Shown in pieces: positions 48,954 through 57,909 of a stretch of 64,000 nt of DNA. The stretch spans positions 32,001-96,000 of the IMG/VR virus record IMGVR_UViG_3300036770_001342; one strand, written 5' to 3'. The notes under the pieces are model-generated. The model had not been told where the DNA came from. It did not search any database and saw only the letters and a list, made by a program, of their open reading frames with translations. The translations under genes were made by a program, and so were the position numbers. Source of the DNA: a virus. Numbering within the stretch: position 1 is the first letter of the stretch; every line of letters starts with the position of its first letter.

Positions 48954-49970
48954 ATGGCAAATTTATTTAAAAAAGCAGCAGCCTTCACCGACATACATTT
49001 TGGACTTAAGAGCAACAGTCTTGAACATAATCAAGACTGTAGCGATTTTGTTGATTGGTTCATAGAAACTGCTAAAGCAGAGGGATGTGAAACTTGTCTT
49101 TTCTTAGGTGATTACAATCACCATCGTGCAAGTATCAATATCCATACTATGCAATATGGCTTACGTGCCCTTGAAAAACTAAACGATGCATTTGAGAAAG
49201 TGTATTTCATTCCAGGCAATCACGATCTTTATTATCGTGATCGTAGAGATATTCATAGTGTAGAGTGGGCAAAGCATTTGCCTAATGTACATATTGTCAA
49301 TGACTGGTTTAATGAGGGCGATGTTGTTATTGCTCCTTGGTTAGTAGGAGATGATTATAAGAAGTTAGCCAAGATGCATGGCAAGTATATGTTTGGTCAT
49401 CTTGAACTTCCACGATTTTATATGAACGCCATGGTTGAAATGCCTGATCATGGTGAAATTAATGACGAACACGTTAGTGGTTTTGAACAAGTGTTCAGCG
49501 GCCATTTTCATAAACGTCAAGCACGTAAAAACATTTGGTACATGGGCAATGCTTTCCCACATAACTATGCTGACGCAAGTGATGATGCTAGAGGCATGAT
49601 GATACTTGAATGGGGTTGTGACCCAGTATTCAAGTCATGGCCACAACAACCTGTATTCAGAGTTTACAAACTAAGTGATGTACTAGAAAATCCAGAGGGT
49701 TTGCTATTGCCTCAAGCAAGTGTTAGAGTACATCTTGATATTGATATTAGTTACGAAGAAGCAAACTACATCAAAGAAACATTGATACCAAAACATCAAC
49801 TACGCGAAATGTCATTGATACCAATCAAACTAGAACAACATCAATTGGATCTTGCTCCGGGTGAGTTGAAATTTGAAAGTGTTGATCAGATAATAACCGA
49901 TCAAATCAGCAACATCGAAAGTCAATTTTATGATCCTAAAATGTTGTTAGAGATTTATAGGAATTTATGA
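48954..49970 (+). CDS. gp47: Recombination nuclease, gp47/SbcD/Mre11-like
   Basis: DIHFG, LGD, GNHD, GHLE and SGHFH metallophosphoesterase motifs. Confidence 0.92.
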   Translation: MANLFKKAAAFTDIHFGLKSNSLEHNQDCSDFVDWFIETAKAEGCETCLFLGDYNHHRASINIHTMQYGLRALEKLNDAFEKVYFIPGNHDLYYRDRRDIHSVEWAKHLPNVHIVNDWFNEGDVVIAPWLVGDDYKKLAKMHGKYMFGHLELPRFYMNAMVEMPDHGEINDEHVSGFEQVFSGHFHKRQARKNIWYMGNAFPHNYADASDDARGMMILEWGCDPVFKSWPQQPVFRVYKLSDVLENPEGLLLPQASVRVHLDIDISYEEANYIKETLIPKHQLREMSLIPIKLEQHQLDLAPGELKFESVDQIITDQISNIESQFYDPKMLLEIYRNL

Positions 49971-51730
49971 TAGTACTAAAGAATATTACATTACGAAACT
50001 TTTTGAGTATTGGTCAAGTTACACAGGCTGTAAACTTTGATAGCAAAGAACTCACATTGATTCTTGGTGAGAACCTTGATCTTGGTGGTGATGGCGCACG
50101 TAATGGTACTGGCAAGACTACACTAATTCAAGGTCTTTCATATGTACTATTCGGTACACCAATCAACAACATTCGTAAAGATAATCTAGTCAATCGAACA
50201 AATGGAAAGAGTATGATGGTTACGCTAGAGTTTAGCGTAAACGGTGTTGACTACAAAATCGAACGTGGTCGCAAGCCAAACATACTCAAGTTTTATGTAG
50301 ATAATAAAGAAGAAGAATGTGTCAACGATGCTCAAGGTGAAAACAAAGAAACACAAGAGCATATTGAACGTGCCATAAACATGACACCCGACATGTTCAA
50401 ACATATCGTTGCATTGAATACTTATAGCGAACCATTTTTGGCTATGAAAGCCAATGATCAGCGTAATGTTATTGAACAGTTACTTGGCATTACGTTACTA
50501 AGTGAAAAAGCAGACCTCATCAAAGAACAAATCAAAAGTACAAAAGATAAAATTACCGAAGAAGAATATAAAAACAAAGCAATCGAAGAAGCAAATAAAC
50601 GTATACAAGAACAAATTGATAATCTAAAGCGTAGAGCAAAGTTATGGGATAGTAAACACGATGAAGATTTACAAAAACTACGTGATGATTTAGAGGAACT
50701 ACAAAAGATTGATATTGATCTTGAGTTGCAAGGTCATAAAGACTTTACCCTTTATAATCAGCGGAAAAAAGATCACGCAGACTTAGATAAAAGTATCAAT
50801 AGAACCGAAGAAGATATTGCTAAAGAAGAAAAATCACTAAAGAAAATTGTAAAAGAATTAGAACAACTACAAGACCACAAGTGTTATGCTTGTGGTCAAG
50901 ATTTCCATGATGAAAAACATACTTCAGTATTAAAAGAAAAAGAAAAGTCAAAGAAAGAGTGCGAAAAGAACATCAAGGAATATAGTGAATTATTAGTAGA
51001 ACTAAAGAAAACAAAAGAAGAATTAGGCCCTATCGGCAAGCAACCTAAACTATATTACGATACGGAACAAGAGGCGTTCCAGCATCGTAGTTTAGTTGAT
51101 GGTTTAGTGAAGTCGATAGACGAAAAAACCAACGATGTGAACCCGTATAACGATCAAATAAGTGAAATGGAAAACCAAGCACTTCAAACTATAAGTTTTG
51201 ATAAAATCAACGAGTACACCAGACTTGTTGATCATCAAAAGTTCTTGCTTGACTTATTGACAAGCAAGGATAGTTTTGTGCGTAAGAAAATTATCGACCA
51301 AAACCTCAGTTATCTCAACGCAAGACTCACACACTACTTGGACAAGATAGGTCTGCCTCATCAAGTTATATTTTTGAATGACCTATCGGTTGAGATAACT
51401 GAACTTGGACGCGAACTAGATTTTGACAATCTAAGTCGCGGTGAACGTAATAGATTGATTCTTGGCTTGAGTTTTGCTTTCCGTGATGTATGGGAAAGTT
51501 TGTATCGCCCAATCAATACATTGTTCATCGACGAATTGATTGACAGTGGGTTAGATAGCATAGGTGTTGAAAATGCTATGGCCATATTGAAAGATATGAG
51601 CCGCAATCGCAGTAAGAGTGTATGGCTTGTAAGCCATAGAGAAGAATTAGCAGGACGTGTACCTAGCGTATTGAAAGTAGTGAAAGAAAACGGATTTACT
51701 ACGTATAATACTAGCCACGATTTAGCATAA
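49967..51730 (+). CDS. gp46: Recombination ATPase, gp46/SbcC/Rad50-like
   Basis: Walker A NGTGKTT, coiled coil with CYAC zinc hook, signature LSRGE, Walker B LFIDE, VSH. Confidence 0.92.
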   Translation: MIVLKNITLRNFLSIGQVTQAVNFDSKELTLILGENLDLGGDGARNGTGKTTLIQGLSYVLFGTPINNIRKDNLVNRTNGKSMMVTLEFSVNGVDYKIERGRKPNILKFYVDNKEEECVNDAQGENKETQEHIERAINMTPDMFKHIVALNTYSEPFLAMKANDQRNVIEQLLGITLLSEKADLIKEQIKSTKDKITEEEYKNKAIEEANKRIQEQIDNLKRRAKLWDSKHDEDLQKLRDDLEELQKIDIDLELQGHKDFTLYNQRKKDHADLDKSINRTEEDIAKEEKSLKKIVKELEQLQDHKCYACGQDFHDEKHTSVLKEKEKSKKECEKNIKEYSELLVELKKTKEELGPIGKQPKLYYDTEQEAFQHRSLVDGLVKSIDEKTNDVNPYNDQISEMENQALQTISFDKINEYTRLVDHQKFLLDLLTSKDSFVRKKIIDQNLSYLNARLTHYLDKIGLPHQVIFLNDLSVEITELGRELDFDNLSRGERNRLILGLSFAFRDVWESLYRPINTLFIDELIDSGLDSIGVENAMAILKDMSRNRSKSVWLVSHREELAGRVPSVLKVVKENGFTTYNTSHDLA

Positions 51731-51767
51731 ATTTTTCAAGCACTTGTAAATGAGATAAAATATACAC

Positions 51768-52334
51768 ATGCCTAGTCCACAAAAACAAAAAGGTTCGAGT
51801 TGGGAGCGTGAGGTAGCACGATACCTCAGTGAAATTTATCAAGAAAGTTTTATACGTGCTCCAGGAAGTGGAGCATATGTAGGCGGTAAAAATAAAGTGC
51901 GTACTCAAATTTTACATGAAGGGCAGATACGCAGTTTTAAGGGAGACATTGTTCCAGGACAAAATTTTCCAAAATTTAACGCAGAGTGTAAAAGTTATGC
52001 TGATTTTCCTTTTCATTTAGTACTTACAGGACATTGTAAAGTATTAGATGGATGGTTAGATCAAATGATGGATGTTAGCGAACCGGGTGATTTAAATATT
52101 CTTTTCATGAAATTTAATCGCAAGGGTAGTTTCGTCTGTGTGCAAACTAACTTAACATGGATCACAGATCAATTTTTATATTATACAAGTGAAAAACACA
52201 AAGATTGGCTCATTATTGAGTTCGAACATTTTTTCAAACTCAACAAAGAATTACTTAAAACATATTGTTCAGGCTCATCAGACATAAAGTCTAACTCCCC
52301 ACAATTTAATACTTTAATTAATACAAACAATTAG
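51768..52334 (+). CDS. PD-(D/E)xK nuclease, Hjc-like Holliday junction resolvase
   Basis: KGSSWEREVA..L, R.PGSGA, GDIV, AECK. Confidence 0.7.
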   Translation: MPSPQKQKGSSWEREVARYLSEIYQESFIRAPGSGAYVGGKNKVRTQILHEGQIRSFKGDIVPGQNFPKFNAECKSYADFPFHLVLTGHCKVLDGWLDQMMDVSEPGDLNILFMKFNRKGSFVCVQTNLTWITDQFLYYTSEKHKDWLIIEFEHFFKLNKELLKTYCSGSSDIKSNSPQFNTLINTNN

Positions 52335-52337
52335 TTT

Positions 52338-52747
52338 GATAGGGGCAGCCCTATCCTCCTTGAGCAAGTCTAGTACACTAGTCACCTGCGGATCTGGAGT
52401 AAAGATATACATTTGTATATCGTATACCGAGTGGGCAATCGACAGGTTTGCGAACCCACAATGAGTACATATCTTATTTCGTTTTGCGGATATGTAACAT
52501 GCGTTATAGTAGATGATGAGTCTACAACTACAGTCCATAAACTTTACAGTATAACCGGTAGCGTATAACATCACAACAGGGTAGTTATACGGGAACAAAC
52601 GACATGGGTGAAGGGCAGGCAAGTCCAACCTTTGGTAGTGCTGAGATAGCACTACCATGGATTCAAAGCGGCAAGTAATCTAAATCCATATAAAAATTTA
52701 AATGACTGAGTGAGCGAAGCGAACGAAGTGTTGTCCGAAAGGACAAC
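52338..52747 (+). ncRNA. Candidate large structured non-coding RNA (class unknown; strand inferred)
   Basis: Only long intergenic gap in the window, tiled with helices: 52338-44/52349-55, 52404-10/52415-21, 52431-35/52455-59, 52466-73/52489-96, 52503-08/52550-55, 52562-69/52584-91, 52633-42/52648-57, and 52730-36/52741-47 (GAAA loop on the plus strand). Confidence 0.55.
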
Positions 52748-52748
52748 G

Positions 52749-52925
52749 TTAAAAATAAGGAAGATTAGTTTTCTTTACCGTTTCCATGTGATCTTCAATT
52801 ATTTCATTAATATATTTTCTTTCGGCATTGGACATATTTAAAATGTCTTGGTAACTTGCTCCACCACGAAGATGCCATGCCATGGATAATGCTGATTTTT
52901 TAATTCCCCCGATTTCTGCTTCCAT
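52749..52925 (-). CDS. gp51-like small hub/tail assembly protein (58 aa from ATG); possibly made as a -1 frameshift extension of the upstream gene
   Basis: Manual translation MEAEIGGIKKSALSMAWHLRGGASYQDILNMSNAERKYINEIIEDHMETVKKTNLPYF*; the I.NMS..ER motif and position after a gp26-like gene. Confidence 0.7.
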   Translation of the reverse strand: MEAEIGGIKKSALSMAWHLRGGASYQDILNMSNAERKYINEIIEDHMETVKKTNLPYF

Positions 52926-52972
52926 ATTTTTAACTAACTTCTCAACCTCATCGGGGGTTGCGTTTAGAAGTC

Positions 52973-53797
52973 TTAGCCGAAAAAATCGCTAGCGTTTAGT
53001 GTAAATGGTTGTTTATATTGATGTGAGCAAGCAGCACATTGTATATCCAAAGGTTGAAGTTCTGTGCTAGCCTTTAATCTTGTGTTATAATCTCTTATAG
53101 TTTCATACATATTGGCATCACAGTTGCGTAGAAAATCTAGGATGTAGTCTTTTTGATCTACTGCTCCGTTTGGAGTTTCTACATACTCAATTGATTTAGC
53201 AATTAATTGCATTGTTATGTCAGTAATACTTTTAATTGCTACTTGTGTAGCAGCAATTTTTTGCTTTTCATCTTCAATCTTTTCAATTTCAGCAAAACTT
53301 CTTTGAATATCAAATTGACCCAATGCTGCTTCATTCATTTCAGCATAGGTCATAGGTTTAAACTTAATTGATAGGTTATTAACATCTAGTTTTTGATCAT
53401 AATTGCCCATTTTTAATGTTTGTAATACATTAACTAGATTGACACCGTATGTGTTAGTTTCTTTACATGAAGGACAACTTGTAGTGACATCTAAAGTGTT
53501 GTCGCCACCGGCTGCTCTTATACCAATCAGAACTGCGTCTAAGTCACTTGTAGTTAATCTCCATGGATCTTTAATATTAGGCAAACAACTTTTAATGACT
53601 TCTGCTACAGCGTTACCGTTAAACAATGCGTCTGGTGTTCTTAACGTAATTTCATCGATTGCTGTCATAGGATAAACCGGCAGTTCGCCGTTTTCAGGCA
53701 TCGACAATACGTCAGGTGCATATCCCTTACCTTTGCTAGGCAATGTAATAAACACAGCGGGTCTACGAAAGTATTGTTTTAGCGGATTATTGTCCAT
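52973..53797 (-). CDS. gp26: Baseplate hub/tail assembly chaperone, T4 gp26-like
   Basis: LPSKG, VYPMTAIDE, D.DA.LI.IRAA, CPSC...CAAC, C-terminal SDFFG. Confidence 0.75.
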   Translation of the reverse strand: MDNNPLKQYFRRPAVFITLPSKGKGYAPDVLSMPENGELPVYPMTAIDEITLRTPDALFNGNAVAEVIKSCLPNIKDPWRLTTSDLDAVLIGIRAAGGDNTLDVTTSCPSCKETNTYGVNLVNVLQTLKMGNYDQKLDVNNLSIKFKPMTYAEMNEAALGQFDIQRSFAEIEKIEDEKQKIAATQVAIKSITDITMQLIAKSIEYVETPNGAVDQKDYILDFLRNCDANMYETIRDYNTRLKASTELQPLDIQCAACSHQYKQPFTLNASDFFG

Positions 53798-53818
53798 AAA
53801 TTGAACCTCTTAAATTTT

Positions 53819-53877
53819 GGTATTTTTACCAATTATAAATAATATAAGTCGAGATATTTATAATTAGGTAAAATACC
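53819..53877. promoter_or_regulatory. 23-bp imperfect inverted repeat containing two opposed TATAAATA late promoters
   Basis: GGTATTTTTACCAATTATAAATA (53819-41) and TATTTATAATTAGGTAAAATACC (53855-77) between the divergent gp26-like and tape measure genes. Confidence 0.75.
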
Positions 53878-53885
53878 CGAAAAAA

Positions 53886-56800
53886 ATGACACCCGAACAA
53901 TTACAAGAACTTTCAAATAACCTTAGCGATCTACGTGCAGCCATAAATCAGATTGCCGGATCTAGTAGTATTATGGCTAGTAGTCTTAATAGAACTATTC
54001 AAGGGTTGGGTCAAGTTGACCCTGCATTTAGACGAGCAGCATCAGCATTGGGTGAAAGTGTTGATAGAACTAGACAAGCCGGTAATGCAATACAGCAAGA
54101 GCAGCAAATAGCAGCACAAACCATTAAAAGAAATGCACAAGATCAAGAAAGTGCTACTAGAGGTTATGTATCTTCTTTAAGAAATTTAACTAACGGCTTA
54201 ACATCAGCAACTACAAGTTTACAGAATTTGTCGGGAGTAGCAGGTATTGCAGGAAATGCAGTATCGTCATTAGGTGTAAAAATGGGCGCAGCCGGCGAGA
54301 AAGCGGATGCGTTTGGAAAGTTTGTAGAGAACGTTGGCGGAGATATTTTAAGACAAGCAGAAGCATATAACTCTTTAAGAAATGCATTACAAAGATTGGG
54401 TGGTGCAGGAGAGCAAACTGCATCAAGTTTATATGCATATGCTAAAGCAGCAGGATTACACCAGGATACATTGAATTATATGCTTGCACCAATGAGAACA
54501 TTGGGCAACAGTATAATATCATTAGGTAAAGGTGCCGGCGATGCTCAAAGAGCATTTATGGAAATGCTTCAAGTCAGTGATGACCAAAGAGCAATGTTTG
54601 CTCGTTTGGGCATGTTCCAAGAAGATTTGATTGCTAGACAGGCTGATTATGTAGCACAACAAACAGCAGCAGGTATCAGTATTAGAAATATGAATACTGA
54701 TATGCAAAGTTTGCGCAAAGCAAGCCTTGACTATGTAAGAAGTTTATATGATTTAAGTGCGTTAACTGGTCAATCAATTGAGCAAGAGCGCGAAAAACAA
54801 AAAGAGGCTGTTTACGAACGTAGATTGATGACCGAAATGTTCGCTAAACAGGCAGAAGCCGCCCGTTTAAGACGCGAAGCAGATGAAGCAGAAGCATTAG
54901 GCACACCTGAAGGTTTAGAAGAAGCGAGAAGAAAACGCGGTGAAGCAGCAGCGTTAGATAGACAGGTTCAAGCACAAGAAAAACTAATAAGATCATTAAG
55001 CGAATTGCCGAAAGAAATGCGTGATGGCATTATTGGAGCAATGACAACAGGCGGTATTGTTAATGAAGGTGCAGAAGTATTAGCACGTCAGGGTGTTCTT
55101 GACGATATATTAGAAATTACAACCAATCTTAAAGATCGTGCAGAAAGAGGCGAACAGGTTGATCCAGAAATGGAAGCCCAACGCATCATGCAAATTATTG
55201 GTGAAGGTCAAGCAAAAAATGCTGAAGTACTTAAAAATGCATTACTAGTAGGCGGAGATGACCTCGCTAAGAAATTAGGTTTTAGCATTAGAGATATAGA
55301 ATTTGCTAGAGACCAATTAGGTAGAGATCGCCCAGCAGAACTTGAAGCAGCAAGACGCAGAAGAGAAGCAGCAGAAGCACCGGGTGCTGATCGCGCCGCT
55401 GACACAGCAGCAGCATTACAAAATTTATCTATAAATGCTAACCAATTATCTAACGAATTAACAGCAGCAACAAGTCCATTTATACAAAGTTTTAATCTGA
55501 TGACTAATACTGCTGAAGGTACTTCAACAGTATTGGGTAAATTAGGACAAGCGGCTGTAGATGCTATTACTGGACTATTAGAATTTGGATCGGGAGTTAC
55601 AGGCGGTGCTGCAACAATACCTGAAAAGTTTGCAGGATTACCAACACAAGGCGGTAGCAGCACAATAGGACGTAGGCCTCCTGTCGATCAACAAGTAACT
55701 ACCGCGCCTCCACCGCCACCTACAACTACTGCAACACCTGTAGTTGCTCCTCCGGCTACTACGCCGGTAACTACTCCTGTTACAGGAACACAGTCACAAC
55801 CTGTTGCACCTACTCAAGCACCTACTACTGTACCTGCAGGAACAGCACAGCCTGCACCTAGTGCCACTAGCACGCCAGTACCTACATATACTCCTATTAC
55901 TGTGGAAACAAATTTAGGAAATAGAATAACATTAAATGCCGGTGCAGTAGGAAAAATTGCAGGACAAATTAGAGAAGGAAAAAATAGAGACCAATTAAGA
56001 AATGAAATTAAAAAATTAATTGGCACAAATACTGGATACAATACGGCTACAATTGATAAAGTTATAGATAAAGTTGCAGAGAGTTCAAATTTACCTAAAC
56101 CTGCAGGTAGTCAAGCAGTTGCTCCAACTACAGCGCAACCTGCCGCCCCTGCTACAGAAGTTGCTACACCTACTACTGAACCAGTCGTACCAACTACAGC
56201 ACAGCCTACTCCTGCAACAGCACCGATTGTTGCACCACCTACTACCGCAGCGGTAACACCTGAACCTGCAAGACCTGCTGAAAGACCTGTCACTACTGTA
56301 CAACCTCAAGTTGAAACTACTGGTAAAATTCCTGCTGATTTACCAGCACAAGAGTTTACACCTAGTGCTGATTTGAAAAATTGGATTAGAAGTCAAATTA
56401 GAAGGGGTCTAAGAAGAGACGCAGTGCGTAATGCGTTAATAGCCAATGGGTATACTCCTCAACAAGCAGACATTGCATTAACCGCCGAATTAGGAAACAT
56501 ACCAGGACAAATTGCGCAACCTACAACACCGGTTACTACTGCTAGACCTGAAACAACTCCTGCAACCGGAGCCGCCCGCCCAACTACATCCGGTGCAGCA
56601 CCTACAACAGGTGGAAGTTCTCGACCAAATAGACCTGCAGCAACTACTGGTACTGGACCAACAGACTTTGACTTATCTACCCCTAATACGATTGATACTG
56701 TAAGTCCAGATCAACGTAGTTGGCAAAATCGTGAAAACGAGTTACGTGATCGTTTAAGTGATATGCTACGTAACAAGAAAACTATCACAAAAGATCAAGC

Positions 56801-57878
56801 CAATCAGATATTAGATTACTATGATAGCATTAAAGATAAAGGTGCTATACCTACTGTTGATCAAATCATACAAAATTCCGGCGCATTACGTAAACCCACA
56901 ACTACATCAACTAGACCAACTAGTGTAACAGGTACACAACCTGAAACTTCACCTAGAGTTCAAGCAACTATGCGCAGACCTAGAGAAGTTAACCCTCCTA
57001 CTGATGTAGCAAGACGAGCAGGATATAGAGAAACACTGCCGGGTAATATTAATACTTCATTACCTGAATTGGTCGAAGCAGGTTTACCGGCTTCAGTATT
57101 GCGCGGTACAGGAACACAAGAACCATTAGGCGGGGATAGAGATCCGGGTACTTTTGATACTCATGGTGAAGGTGCACAAATTGACCCAAGATTGTTATCT
57201 GCGGTAAATCAATTAGTAGCAATGACAGGTACCGGTACTGCTCCATTTAAGATATCACACTTGACAGCACTTAATGATTATTATCATAATGTGAACGAAC
57301 CGGGTAGTCCACATACTAAGGGTAGAGCAGTTGACTTTAAATTACAATTGCCCCCCGGCCAAGAAGCACCTACTGACAGACAGTTTAATGAAATACAAAG
57401 TTTCTTAAAAAATTCATTAGGGTTTGATTATGTAAGCAACGAGTATAAGCAAAAATCAGCAGGATGGACTGGTCCACACATACACGCACATTTTGATGAT
57501 CCAGAAAAAACTATGATGGGTGGCGATAATTTTCAAATCCCTACTGATATGTTGCAGGCAGCATTAGGCGGAATAGCATCAGGTCCAAAATCAGGATATC
57601 CCGCAATGCTTCATGGAAACGAAATTATAGTCCCATTAGACCCTAATAGTATTCTTGCTGATTTAGGTAAAAAATCACAAGAACAAATTAAAACAGAAAT
57701 GACAACATTTGAAAAATCTATGTCGTCAGATACTATAGATCCTAATATGATCAAAGACATTACTAGACAAAATCAGCAATTAATGGAAATGTTGGGTAGT
57801 AAGTTAGATAACGTCATTAATAAATTAGACACAGGCAACGATACTCAAAGCAAGATATTACAATATAGCCAAGCATAA
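53886..57878 (+). CDS. Tape measure-like protein with a Pro/Thr-rich linker and a C-terminal M15/LAS-type zinc peptidase domain
   Basis: Ala/Gln/Arg-rich helical N-terminal half, PT-rich spacer, SPHTKGRAVD (H-x6-D) and GPHIHAH (HxH), GGIASGP...LHGNE.IVPL; next to the gp26-like gene. Confidence 0.7.
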   Translation: MTPEQLQELSNNLSDLRAAINQIAGSSSIMASSLNRTIQGLGQVDPAFRRAASALGESVDRTRQAGNAIQQEQQIAAQTIKRNAQDQESATRGYVSSLRNLTNGLTSATTSLQNLSGVAGIAGNAVSSLGVKMGAAGEKADAFGKFVENVGGDILRQAEAYNSLRNALQRLGGAGEQTASSLYAYAKAAGLHQDTLNYMLAPMRTLGNSIISLGKGAGDAQRAFMEMLQVSDDQRAMFARLGMFQEDLIARQADYVAQQTAAGISIRNMNTDMQSLRKASLDYVRSLYDLSALTGQSIEQEREKQKEAVYERRLMTEMFAKQAEAARLRREADEAEALGTPEGLEEARRKRGEAAALDRQVQAQEKLIRSLSELPKEMRDGIIGAMTTGGIVNEGAEVLARQGVLDDILEITTNLKDRAERGEQVDPEMEAQRIMQIIGEGQAKNAEVLKNALLVGGDDLAKKLGFSIRDIEFARDQLGRDRPAELEAARRRREAAEAPGADRAADTAAALQNLSINANQLSNELTAATSPFIQSFNLMTNTAEGTSTVLGKLGQAAVDAITGLLEFGSGVTGGAATIPEKFAGLPTQGGSSTIGRRPPVDQQVTTAPPPPPTTTATPVVAPPATTPVTTPVTGTQSQPVAPTQAPTTVPAGTAQPAPSATSTPVPTYTPITVETNLGNRITLNAGAVGKIAGQIREGKNRDQLRNEIKKLIGTNTGYNTATIDKVIDKVAESSNLPKPAGSQAVAPTTAQPAAPATEVATPTTEPVVPTTAQPTPATAPIVAPPTTAAVTPEPARPAERPVTTVQPQVETTGKIPADLPAQEFTPSADLKNWIRSQIRRGLRRDAVRNALIANGYTPQQADIALTAELGNIPGQIAQPTTPVTTARPETTPATGAARPTTSGAAPTTGGSSRPNRPAATTGTGPTDFDLSTPNTIDTVSPDQRSWQNRENELRDRLSDMLRNKKTITKDQANQILDYYDSIKDKGAIPTVDQIIQNSGALRKPTTTSTRPTSVTGTQPETSPRVQATMRRPREVNPPTDVARRAGYRETLPGNINTSLPELVEAGLPASVLRGTGTQEPLGGDRDPGTFDTHGEGAQIDPRLLSAVNQLVAMTGTGTAPFKISHLTALNDYYHNVNEPGSPHTKGRAVDFKLQLPPGQEAPTDRQFNEIQSFLKNSLGFDYVSNEYKQKSAGWTGPHIHAHFDDPEKTMMGGDNFQIPTDMLQAALGGIASGPKSGYPAMLHGNEIIVPLDPNSILADLGKKSQEQIKTEMTTFEKSMSSDTIDPNMIKDITRQNQQLMEMLGSKLDNVINKLDTGNDTQSKILQYSQA

Positions 57879-57879
57879 C

Positions 57880-57887
57880 AATAAATA
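57880..57887 (+). promoter_or_regulatory. Late promoter AATAAATA
   Basis: Intergenic, upstream of the portal gene. Confidence 0.55.
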
Positions 57888-57909
57888 CTACATAACCTAA
57901 AACCATATT

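Noticed and set aside
52314-52658. 114-aa minus-strand ORF across the structured gap
   Set aside because: Cys/Tyr-rich atypical composition, no recognisable motif or RBS, overlaps the nuclease gene; the dense helices are better explained by an RNA or DNA structure.
52338-52747. Group I/II intron, tmRNA or complete RNase P RNA
   Set aside because: It does not interrupt a gene. I could not find convincing P7/R-S pairs, domain V, tRNA-like ends or the RNase P CR-I/CR-V sequences. Left as an unclassified ncRNA candidate.
55690-56660. Possible CRISPR array or DNA tandem repeat
   Set aside because: The repetition is degenerate Pro/Thr/Ala codon usage inside a CDS; there are no identical repeats with unique spacers.
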